This document shows, piece by piece, positions 39,370 to 47,598 of a stretch of DNA of 64,000 bases. Each line of letters opens with the position of its first letter. Position 1 is the first letter of the stretch. The DNA comes from Polyangiales bacterium (GTDB lineage: Bacteria; Myxococcota_A; Polyangia; Polyangiales; Polyangiaceae): positions 128,001 to 192,000 of the forward strand of contig JBBRLQ010000008.1 of assembly GCA_038231275.1 (NCBI GenBank), in the 5' to 3' direction. Position numbers and translations under genes: made by a program. Below the pieces are notes generated by a model. It saw only the letters and a list, made by a program, of their open reading frames with translations. It was not told where the DNA came from and ran no database searches.

Positions 39370-40308
39370 CTAGAACCCGAGCTCCGCCGCGCTCACGTTC
39401 GGCAGCTCCGCGAGGAGCGCCGGGGGGAGGCTCACGCGGGCGACGACGGTGGTCGACTGGCGCTCGACCTTGGTCTGCCCGAGCCACTTCGTCTTCTCGG
39501 AGCCCTCGCGATCGAGCGCCGTGGTCACTTGCTTGATGAGCGCCTCGGCGACTGCGGCGGCGTCATCCTCTTCGTACGCGAAGGACGCGACGAGGCCTTC
39601 CTTTCCCGGCCGGAGCGCGACGGTGACCGCGTTGAGGCGGCGGCCGAGCGGCTCGAGCGGCGCGCCCTTCGTGCGGAGGCGCGGGACACCGGCCACCAGC
39701 GACGGCCCGTCGAGGCGGACCACGAAGAGCGACGCGTCATCTCGAAGCGGCGGCGGGCGATCGAACGGATGCGCGAACGCCTCTCGCGCACGCGCGCGCG
39801 CGTCGCCCATCGCGAAGACCCACGTGCGGTCGGGCAGCACGAAGAGCGACGCGTCGGCGCTTCCTGCGCGCGCGAGCTCCGGCACGGCGCCGCGCGGGCC
39901 GTCGGTCCACATCGGACGACCGTTTCCTTCGGTGAGCTTTCGCGCGTCCAGATCGGCGCGGACGCCGCGGAGGACGACGACCGCGTCTTGCGCCTTCCTC
40001 TCGCGCACTGCGAAGAGGACCTCTTCCGACGACTCGATCACCTCCGCCGCGCGCGTTCCGGCGGTCTGGGGCGCGCGCGCCGACATCATGCGCGAAAGGC
40101 TCTTGAGGAGCGGACCGTACACCGGATCGCGCGCCATCGCCGTCGGGTGCGCGAGGACCACGATGTCGGGCACGCGATCGAACGCGTCCTGCCAATGGGG
40201 CTTCGTCGTGTCGAACGCCGGCTTCGCGTCCGGAGGCTTTCCCCCGCCACACGACATCGACAAAGCCGCGAGCGCGATCGCAACCGCCGGCGCCCCGCGC
40301 GTCGTCAT
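39370..40308 (-). CDS. Lipoprotein, unknown function
   Basis: Signal peptide with SMSC-GGG; ATGA overlap with cmk. Confidence 0.7.
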   Translation of the reverse strand: MTTRGAPAVAIALAALSMSCGGGKPPDAKPAFDTTKPHWQDAFDRVPDIVVLAHPTAMARDPVYGPLLKSLSRMMSARAPQTAGTRAAEVIESSEEVLFAVRERKAQDAVVVLRGVRADLDARKLTEGNGRPMWTDGPRGAVPELARAGSADASLFVLPDRTWVFAMGDARARAREAFAHPFDRPPPLRDDASLFVVRLDGPSLVAGVPRLRTKGAPLEPLGRRLNAVTVALRPGKEGLVASFAYEEDDAAAVAEALIKQVTTALDREGSEKTKWLGQTKVERQSTTVVARVSLPPALLAELPNVSAAELGF

Positions 40309-40997
40309 CGGAACGACTCGCGCGCAAGCTTCGCGATCGCCTGGACGGCGTCCTCGACCGACATCTCGCTCGAGTCGACGCGCAGCGCCCCCTCGGCCTG
40401 GCGAAGCGGCGCCACCGCGCGGCCTTCGTCTTGCGCGTCGCGTTTCTTCACGTCGGCGAGCGTCTCTTCGAGGGTCATTCGCGTGTCCCCCTTCGCGACG
40501 AGCTCGTCGTAGCGACGGCGCGCGCGGACCTCGGGACGGGCGGTCAAGAACACCTTCACCTCGGCGTCGGGGAACACGACCGTGCCGATGTCGCGGCCTT
40601 CGAGGACGACGCCGCCCTCTTTGCCGGCTTGGCGCTGCATGTCGAGGAGCGCGGCGCGCACGCGCGGATGCGCCGAGACGGTGCTCGCGCCCATGCCGAT
40701 GTCGGGCGTGCGAATTTTGTCCGACACATCTTCTCCCGCGAGCGTCATGCGAATGCCGCGATCGTCGCGCACGAATGCGATCGCGTTCTTCTCGACGAGC
40801 GACTCCGCGAGATCTCCCACGGCAGCCGCGTCCGCGTAAGCGAGCCCGGCGCGCGACGCCGCGAGGGCGACTGTGCGGTACAAAGCGCCGGTGTCGACGA
40901 GGACGAAGCCGAGCGCGTCGGCGACGTTGCGCGCGACGGTGCTCTTACCGGCGCCGGCCGGGCCGTCGATGGCGACGATGGGGCGCGTGCGGCTCAT
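40305..40997 (-). CDS. cmk: Cytidylate kinase
   Basis: VAIDGPAGAGKST, DTGALYR and VLEGRDIGTVVFPDA motifs. Confidence 0.95.
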   Translation of the reverse strand: MSRTRPIVAIDGPAGAGKSTVARNVADALGFVLVDTGALYRTVALAASRAGLAYADAAAVGDLAESLVEKNAIAFVRDDRGIRMTLAGEDVSDKIRTPDIGMGASTVSAHPRVRAALLDMQRQAGKEGGVVLEGRDIGTVVFPDAEVKVFLTARPEVRARRRYDELVAKGDTRMTLEETLADVKKRDAQDEGRAVAPLRQAEGALRVDSSEMSVEDAVQAIAKLARESFR

Positions 40998-42382
40998 CGG
41001 GCTCCTTCCTTTGCCTCTACCATGCCTGACGGTGCGCCCACGACCTCGATCTCCGCCCCCAGCGCGCGCAGCGTGCCGACGAAGCGCGGGAAGCTGGTCG
41101 CGACACAGTCCACGTCGCGGATCGTGCTCGGCCCGCGCGCGGTCAAAGCCAGCACCGCCGCCGCCATCGCGATCCGGTGATCCCCTTTGCTCTCCACGTT
41201 CACGGGCTCGAGCGGCGCCTGCTTGCCTTCGATGACGAGCCCGTCGGGCCGCTCCTCGAGCTCGACCCCGAACGCGCGGAGGATCTCCGCCATCGTCGCG
41301 ATGCGATCGCTCTCTTTCACGCGGAGCTCTTCGGCGTCGGCGATCGTCGTGGTGCCTCTCGCCCGCGCCGCCAAAGCGCACGCGATCGGGATCTCGTCGA
41401 TCGCGCGCGGCACCGTCTCGCCGCCGATCTTCGCGCCATGGAGCGCCGCAGCCCACGCGTGCACTTGCGCGATCGGCTCGCCGGCGCGCTCGCCTTGCGG
41501 TTCGGTGCGGATGCCGGCGCCCATGTCGCGCAAGATCTCGAGGATTCCGGTGCGCGTCGGGTTCGTGCCCACGTCGCGCGTCGTCACCCGCGAGCCCTCC
41601 ACGAGCTGCGCGGCGACGAGGAGGAACGCCGCCGCGGAGATGTCGCCAGGGATGTCGATGTCGAAGCCGGGCATCTGCGCGTTCCAGCCGGCCGGATCGA
41701 GCTCGACGACCGAGCCGACCGCCCGCAGCGGGACGCCCAACGCCTGGAGCATGCGCTCGGTGTGATCGCGCGACACCGTCGGCTCTTTGAAATACGTGGT
41801 GCCGTGCGCGTAGAGACCGGACAAGAGGAGCGCGCTCTTCACCTGGGCGCTCGCGACCTTCGAGACGAACTCGATCCCGCCGAGGTGCTCGCCGTCCGCG
41901 AGCGGTCCGACGACGAGCGGCGCCGTGACCTCCCCTTCCTTCTTCGGGTGCGGCGCGCCTTCGACCTTGGCGCCGCGCATCCGAAGCGGCTTCACGATGC
42001 GCATCATCGGGCGGCGCGTGAGCGACGCGTCGCCGATCAACGTCGTCCGGAACGGCTGCGCGGCGAGGAGGCCGGTGAGGAGGCGCATCGTCGTCCCCGA
42101 GTTGCCGCAATCGAGCGGCCCGGCGGGCTCGGTCAGGCCAAAGAGGCCCGAGCCGGTGACGATCACCTCACTCGGACCGATGTCTTCGAGGATGACGCCC
42201 ATCGCGCGCATCGCGTTCATCGTCGAGACGTTGTCCTCACCGCGCGAGAAGCTCGTGATGCGGCTCTTGCCGTTCGCGAGCGACGCGAGGAGAACGGCGC
42301 GGTGCCCGATGCTCTTGTCGCTCGGAACGGGCACGCTGCCGACGAGCGGCTTCTTCGCAGGATGGACGACGAAATCGGTCAC
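40994..42382 (-). CDS. aroA: 3-phosphoshikimate 1-carboxyvinyltransferase
   Basis: DKSI.HR, GNSGTTMRL, SAQVKSA, ELRVKESDR and DHRIAM motifs. Confidence 0.95.
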   Translation of the reverse strand: MTDFVVHPAKKPLVGSVPVPSDKSIGHRAVLLASLANGKSRITSFSRGEDNVSTMNAMRAMGVILEDIGPSEVIVTGSGLFGLTEPAGPLDCGNSGTTMRLLTGLLAAQPFRTTLIGDASLTRRPMMRIVKPLRMRGAKVEGAPHPKKEGEVTAPLVVGPLADGEHLGGIEFVSKVASAQVKSALLLSGLYAHGTTYFKEPTVSRDHTERMLQALGVPLRAVGSVVELDPAGWNAQMPGFDIDIPGDISAAAFLLVAAQLVEGSRVTTRDVGTNPTRTGILEILRDMGAGIRTEPQGERAGEPIAQVHAWAAALHGAKIGGETVPRAIDEIPIACALAARARGTTTIADAEELRVKESDRIATMAEILRAFGVELEERPDGLVIEGKQAPLEPVNVESKGDHRIAMAAAVLALTARGPSTIRDVDCVATSFPRFVGTLRALGAEIEVVGAPSGMVEAKEGAR

Positions 42383-42432
42383 GCCGGGCAGAATACCCGG
42401 CGCGTCGCCGCGAAACGACTAGATCCGCGCGA

Positions 42433-42735
42433 TCAACCGGCCGCCCATGAGGCCGCCGCGAGGAGCACCGCCGCGAGCCCCGTCGACAGCGCGATCGCGT
42501 AGTAGCCCCACTTGCGCGCCGCCGTCTTTCCGCCGTAGCGAATGAGCGAGTAGCCCACGAACTCCGTCGCGAGGCCCAGGAGCGCCAGCACCGCGAAGAC
42601 GACGTTCGCGGCCTTGCCCAGCGGCGAGCTCGTCACCACGCGAAACGCAAAGAGCGAGAAGAACGCCACGTGCGCGATCCCGCCGGCGGTCGCCAGCGCC
42701 TTTGCTGCCTTTTCGATCGCACCCGATGACGCCAT
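42433..42735 (-). CDS. Small membrane protein (3 TM)
   Basis: Three hydrophobic helices; GGAGG RBS upstream. Confidence 0.7.
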   Translation of the reverse strand: MASSGAIEKAAKALATAGGIAHVAFFSLFAFRVVTSSPLGKAANVVFAVLALLGLATEFVGYSLIRYGGKTAARKWGYYAIALSTGLAAVLLAAASWAAG

Positions 42736-42797
42736 TTCCGGCCTCCCTCCTCTTTAACGTGCGTTCGCCTCGGCCATTCCGCAAGCTCGAGCGGAAT

Positions 42798-43757
42798 TTA
42801 GCGCGGATTCATGTATTGCTGCGCGGTCTGGAGGAACGTCTTCAGCTGCGTGTCGTCGACGCCGAAGCTGATTTGGACGTCCGAAGCGACCGGCTTCACG
42901 TCCAAATTTTTGAGCTGCGGCGCGCCGAGGAACTGGAGGAGGCTCGCCATTCCGGCGGTGCGCTTCACCTGCTCCGACGAGTCCGCGGCGGTGGCGGCGT
43001 CGGGGTAGGTCAATGTCGCGGCGATGTTGAGGCCCGGGTCTTTGAAGTTGCCGACCAGGCGCGCCGCCTTGAGGCCCTTCACCCACCCGAGCGGAACGAC
43101 GCCGACGCTCGCCGCCGCGATCGGCTGGTTCGCGAAATCGGCGGCCGCGGCGAACGCGGCGCCGGGCGTGTCGATGGCCTGCGTCATCCACGGCGGTTGG
43201 CTGCGCGCCACGGTGCCGTCCTTGAGGCGCTCGATGACGCGGCGGATCATCGTCTCGCCGCCGGCGACGACCGTCTGCTTCGAGATCACGGTGAAGCCGA
43301 CGTTGTTGAGCGTGTACACCTGCCGGCCGAGGTAGGTGCTCGATACGATCATGCCGCCGCCCTTGGTGGGCGTGTGCGAGTCGGCGACCGATTTGATCTT
43401 CGCCTCGTCGAAGGTGCCGCGCAGGATCGCGACGACGTCGGCGCCGCTCGTCGAGTAGCCCGCCGCGTAGACCGTCTCCAGATCGCGCGAGGCATTGAAG
43501 CCCGCCTCCTCGCCGATCGGGAGCATGCGCTCGGCCATCAGCGCGAGCTGGCCGCCGACCGAGCCGCTCGTGAACATCTGCTTGGCGTCGACGCGCGCGA
43601 TCACCATGGCGCTCGAGGGCAGGAGCGCGACCGGATCGGCGTCGATGGCTTGGCTCTCCGGCGTCTTCGCGGACACCGAGTCCTTGCTCCCCCCGCAGGC
43701 GACGGTGAGCGGGACCAAGGCAAAGAGCGCGAACGCGGCGACGTGGCGAAGTCTCAT
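42798..43757 (-). CDS. Lipoprotein, unknown function
   Basis: Lipobox TVAC-GGS; host-like codon usage. Confidence 0.75.
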   Translation of the reverse strand: MRLRHVAAFALFALVPLTVACGGSKDSVSAKTPESQAIDADPVALLPSSAMVIARVDAKQMFTSGSVGGQLALMAERMLPIGEEAGFNASRDLETVYAAGYSTSGADVVAILRGTFDEAKIKSVADSHTPTKGGGMIVSSTYLGRQVYTLNNVGFTVISKQTVVAGGETMIRRVIERLKDGTVARSQPPWMTQAIDTPGAAFAAAADFANQPIAAASVGVVPLGWVKGLKAARLVGNFKDPGLNIAATLTYPDAATAADSSEQVKRTAGMASLLQFLGAPQLKNLDVKPVASDVQISFGVDDTQLKTFLQTAQQYMNPR

Positions 43758-43769
43758 GTGCCGGGAAGC

Positions 43770-44843
43770 TTACCCAACGGCGGGATACGAGCCCAGCACC
43801 TTGAAGAACTTCGTCTGGCGGCGGATCTCTTCGACCGCGCTGATGAGCGCGCGATCGGTGGCGTGGCCCATGACCTCGGCGAAGAAGATGTACGCCCACG
43901 CCTCGCCGGGGGCGGGACGCGACTGGATCTTCGTGAGGTTGATGCCGCGCTCGGCGAACTGCTTGAGGACGTCGAGGAGCGAGCCAGGCGCGTCTTGCAC
44001 CGCGAAGACCAGCGCCGTGAGATCGTTGCCGGTGCGCGTCGAGGGCCGAGAGCCGACGATCGCGTAGCGCACCTTCTCGTCGCCGCCGTCGCGCACGTTG
44101 CGGCGCGCGATCTCGAGGCCGAGCTGCGCGCCGAACGCCTCCGTCGCGATCGCCGCGGATCCGTGATCCTCGAACGCGAGCTGGCAGGCGACCGCCGGAG
44201 TCTTCACGTCGAGGACGCTCGCCTTCGGCAGCGTCTGGGCGAAAAAGCGCTGGCAGAGCGCGCGATCGATCGGCGTCGCGTACACCTTCTCGATGTCGGC
44301 GATGTTGCCGGTGCGGTTCAAGAGCTGGAGGTTCCCGGCCGCGTCGAAGACGTTCACGATCTTCAGATCGCTCGACGTGAGCGCGGTGATCGTGGCCTGG
44401 ACGGGCCCTTCCGCCCGCGTCTCGATGGGGACGACCGCGAACTGCGCGCGGTGGGTGGTCAGCTCCTCGAAGGCGCCGGCGGCCGTCTCCTGCGCGAGGA
44501 ACTTGGAGCCGGCGCCGAAGCGCTCGCGCGCGGCCGCGTGGCCGGAGCCGCCCTCGGGGCCGAGGTAGACGATGGGGACCGGGAGCTCGAGGCTCAGACA
44601 CGCGGAGAAGACCTCGCGGAAGATCTCGCGAAGGGCCTCCGGAGGCATGTCCCCCGTCGCGCGCGCAACGATGGCCGCCAGCGACGCGCGATCGGTCAGC
44701 GGGAGGCTCGGCGCCTGATCGTTGCGAAGCTCGCCGATCTTCTTCGACGCCCGCGCGCGCTTTTCGAGCGAGACGAGCAGCGCGGCGTCGAGCTTGGCGA
44801 TTTCCTGACGGAGCTCATCGGTCTCACGTTTGGTGTCGCTCAC
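43770..44843 (-). CDS. pheA: Chorismate mutase/prephenate dehydratase (P-protein) homologue with divergent active-site motifs
   Basis: CM_2-like N-terminus, YLGPEG, VVPIE, and ACT domain PGSL..VL..FA..GINLTKIQSRP. Confidence 0.8.
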   Translation of the reverse strand: MSDTKRETDELRQEIAKLDAALLVSLEKRARASKKIGELRNDQAPSLPLTDRASLAAIVARATGDMPPEALREIFREVFSACLSLELPVPIVYLGPEGGSGHAAARERFGAGSKFLAQETAAGAFEELTTHRAQFAVVPIETRAEGPVQATITALTSSDLKIVNVFDAAGNLQLLNRTGNIADIEKVYATPIDRALCQRFFAQTLPKASVLDVKTPAVACQLAFEDHGSAAIATEAFGAQLGLEIARRNVRDGGDEKVRYAIVGSRPSTRTGNDLTALVFAVQDAPGSLLDVLKQFAERGINLTKIQSRPAPGEAWAYIFFAEVMGHATDRALISAVEEIRRQTKFFKVLGSYPAVG

Positions 44844-44866
44844 GCTCTCATCATAGCATCAACCTC

Positions 44867-45400
44867 GTGGGACTCGACGAGCTGCGCGAGAAGTACGAGG
44901 AGATCCTGCGCCTGCGCGAGCTGCACGCGGCGCCGGACGAGCCGGACCCGCGCCGCGCCATGGCGGAGCTCGCGAGCCGGTTCCCTGGAGCCCTGCGCGA
45001 GATCGACGTGCTCACGCTGGACGAGGTGCGCGCGCGCATCTCCGCCCTCGACGCCGCCGAACGCGGAGAAGCGGCCCCGGCGCCGTGGATGCTCGCCGTC
45101 GCGCGCTACCACGCCCTCACGCGCGGCGCGTTGTGCGCGAAGAGCTGGCTCGCCGGGCGCAAGGACGTGGGCGACGAGGCGCGCGACGCGTTCGCGCGGG
45201 AGGCCGGCACACTGTGCTGGGCCGAGGACGCGCGCGCCTGGACCGACACGCTCGCCGCCGTCGCGAGCCCGCCGCGTGGCCGCGTGACCGATCTCGTCTT
45301 CGTTCGCATCGCGGCGGAGCTCGGCGTGTCGGAAGACGAGGCGCGCGCGCTGGTCCTGCCTACATCGCGCGGGCGACACCGAACGCGAGCGCCAACATGA
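44867..45400 (+). CDS. Hypothetical protein
   Basis: 177 aa ORF with typical codon bias; 3' end overlaps the convergent argO-like gene. Confidence 0.65.
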   Translation: MGLDELREKYEEILRLRELHAAPDEPDPRRAMAELASRFPGALREIDVLTLDEVRARISALDAAERGEAAPAPWMLAVARYHALTRGALCAKSWLAGRKDVGDEARDAFAREAGTLCWAEDARAWTDTLAAVASPPRGRVTDLVFVRIAAELGVSEDEARALVLPTSRGRHRTRAPT

Positions 45401-45992
45401 GAACGCCGACCGCTGCGTCGAGGACACGCCACGCGCGCGGGCGTGCGAAGACCCCCGACAGCTTTCGCGCGCCGAAGCCGAGGGCCACGAACCACGCCGC
45501 GCTCGCCAGCGTCGCGCCGAGCACGAAGGGCACGCGTCCGCCCGCCGGTTGAGCCCCTCCGAGCGCGCCGAGGAGCACGACTGTGTCGAGGTACACGTGC
45601 GGGTTCAGGAACGTCAGCCCGAGAACGGTGACGAGGACGCGCCCGAGCCCTTTGCCGCGGTCCTGCCCGGGCTCGAGCGCGCCGCCGCCGCTCTTCAGCG
45701 AACGCCAGAGCGCCGTCGCGCCATAGGCGACCAAGAAAGCCGCGCCTCCCCATCGGGCGATCGCCAGGAACGTCGCGCTCTCCGCGATGAGCGTCCCGAG
45801 CCCCAGCACACCGGCGGAGATGAGGAGGACGTCCGAGGCGATACAAAGGAGCACCACCGGCAGAACGTGCCGCCCGCCGGGCACGAGACCTAGCCGAAGG
45901 ACGAAGGCGTTCTGCGCCCCGATCGCCGCCACGAGCGCGGCCGACGCCGCGAAGCCCGCCGGAAGCGATTGCCAGTGCATGACGCTGTTCAT
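45360..45992 (-). CDS. argO: LysE/ArgO amino-acid exporter
   Basis: AIGAQNAFVL and TFLNPHVYLDTV motifs. Confidence 0.88.
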   Translation of the reverse strand: MNSVMHWQSLPAGFAASAALVAAIGAQNAFVLRLGLVPGGRHVLPVVLLCIASDVLLISAGVLGLGTLIAESATFLAIARWGGAAFLVAYGATALWRSLKSGGGALEPGQDRGKGLGRVLVTVLGLTFLNPHVYLDTVVLLGALGGAQPAGGRVPFVLGATLASAAWFVALGFGARKLSGVFARPRAWRVLDAAVGVLMLALAFGVARAM

Positions 45993-46046
45993 GCTCCTGG
46001 TGATAGCTCTCGCCGACGCGTAGACAAGCTAAAGTATTTTACGTAA

Positions 46047-46063
46047 CATTAGCGTTTCTAATG
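46047..46063. promoter_or_regulatory. LysR-type operator (CATTAG-N5-CTAATG)
   Basis: AT-rich inverted repeat with a T-N11-A core between divergent argO and argP, overlapping the argP start codon. Confidence 0.65.
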
Positions 46064-46960
46064 CACGACAATCTCCAGCTCGCCGCCCTCGCCGCGGTCC
46101 TCCGCGAAGGCAGCTTCGAGCGCGCCGCCGACGTCCTCCACGTGACCCCGTCGGCGATCTCGCAGCGCATCAAGCAGCTCGAGGACTCGGTGGGGAGCGT
46201 CCTGGTCCTTCGCGCCAAACCGTGCACGGCGACGCGCATCGGGCAGCGGTACTACCGGCACGCGCTGCAGGTGGAGCTGCTCGAGTCGGATCTCGCCGAA
46301 GAGGTCGCCCGCCCCGCCACCGCGAAGGGCCGCGCCGCGCCGCCGGTCGCCATCGCCGTCAACGACGACAGCCTCGCCACGTGGGTCTTGCCGGCGCTCG
46401 CGGCGTTCGCGAAGGAGACGGGTCTCTGCGTGAAGCTCGAGGTGGACGACGAGGCGTACACCGCCGAGTGGCTGCGCACGGGCCGCGTCCTCGGGGCGAT
46501 CACGGCGGAGGCTACGCCGGTCCAGGGCTGTCGGGTCGAGCCGCTCGGCACGATGCGGTACCGCGCGACGGCCAGCCCCGCCTACGTGCGCCGCTGGTTC
46601 CCGAAGGGCGTCACCAAAGAAGCGATACGCGACGCCCCTGCCCTCTTCTACGATCGCCGCGACGCGCTCGAGACCCGCTTCGTCCGACAGGTCCTCGGTT
46701 TTCGCAACGTGCCCCTCGCCGCGAACTGGATCCCGTCGTCGGCGGCGTTCGTCGACGCGGCGCTCCTCGGCCTCGGCTGGGGCCTCAACGCCGAGCCCCT
46801 GGTTCGCGACCACCTCCGCCGCGGGCGCCTCGTCGAGCTCGTCCTCGGCAAGACGATGAGCGTCGAGCTCTTCTGGCAGCACTGGCGCATCGAGTCCGCC
46901 ACGTTGGCGACCCTGACACGCTGCCTCACACGGCAGGCCGCTTCCGCGCTCGCGTCCTGA
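46061..46960 (+). CDS. argP: LysR-family regulator ArgP/LysG
   Basis: GSFERAA..LHVTPSAISQRIKQLE, IAVN.DSLATW and LFWQHW motifs. Confidence 0.9.
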   Translation: MHDNLQLAALAAVLREGSFERAADVLHVTPSAISQRIKQLEDSVGSVLVLRAKPCTATRIGQRYYRHALQVELLESDLAEEVARPATAKGRAAPPVAIAVNDDSLATWVLPALAAFAKETGLCVKLEVDDEAYTAEWLRTGRVLGAITAEATPVQGCRVEPLGTMRYRATASPAYVRRWFPKGVTKEAIRDAPALFYDRRDALETRFVRQVLGFRNVPLAANWIPSSAAFVDAALLGLGWGLNAEPLVRDHLRRGRLVELVLGKTMSVELFWQHWRIESATLATLTRCLTRQAASALAS

Positions 46961-46967
46961 CGTGTCG

Positions 46968-47300
46968 TCAGTCCGATTTCGTCGTGGACGGCGTCGACGG
47001 GTTGGTCGCGACCTTCTCCGTCTTCGTCTCGGTCTTGGTCTCGGTCTTCGTCTCGGTCTTGGCCTCGGCCTTCGTCTCGGTCGCGCCGGGGCTGGCCTCG
47101 GGCTTCTTGGCCCCTCCAGAAGAGGAGTAGGAGTCGGCGTACCAGCCGCCCCCCTTCAAGATGAAGCTACCGCCGCTGATCTGACGCTTCGCGGTGGAGT
47201 TGTGGCACTTCGGGCAGACCTCGAGCGCCGGCTCGGAGATCTTCTGGATCTCCTCCCATTGGTTCTGGCAGCTCGTGCAGAGGTACTCGTACGTCGGCAT
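46968..47300 (-). CDS. FmdB-family zinc-ribbon protein with KTET repeats
   Basis: MPTYEYLC..C...CPKC...LKGGGWY. Confidence 0.88.
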   Translation of the reverse strand: MPTYEYLCTSCQNQWEEIQKISEPALEVCPKCHNSTAKRQISGGSFILKGGGWYADSYSSSGGAKKPEASPGATETKAEAKTETKTETKTETKTEKVATNPSTPSTTKSD

Positions 47301-47427
47301 TCTTTGGCTCTTTTAGCGATGCGCGCGCCGCTTAGCTACCCCTCAGTCGGCCGCTCGCAAATTGCGCGGCGGGTGGCGGACGAACCCTTAATGAACTACT
47401 TCAAGGGCGGCTCGTAGGCGTACAATG

Positions 47428-47459
47428 TGTGGATGACCTGTGGAGAGGCTTGGGGATAA
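47428..47459. promoter_or_regulatory. Three co-oriented DnaA-box-like 9-mers upstream of smc
   Basis: TGTGGATGA, TGTGGAGAG and TGGGGATAA versus consensus TGTGGATAA, spaced 11-12 bp. Confidence 0.5.
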
Positions 47460-47598
47460 GCCTTGCGAAACGCAGGACTAAATCGTAATCAGGCTGTGGG
47501 CACAAATGACCGTATGTGAAGTGACGTTACATACCGCCTAGGGTCATTCGCGCGTAACTTGCCGGTTTGGAGCGGGCAGGACCTGCTCTGGGAGCGCC

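Noticed and set aside
40305-42110. 601-aa ORF suggesting an aroA-cmk fusion
   Set aside because: aroA and cmk are in different frames with an ATGA overlap; the extension is a shadow of aroA.
47400-47560. Replication origin or parS site
   Set aside because: Only three degenerate boxes, no clear unwinding element or dnaA/dnaN, and no match to the parS palindrome TGTTTCACGTGAAACA.
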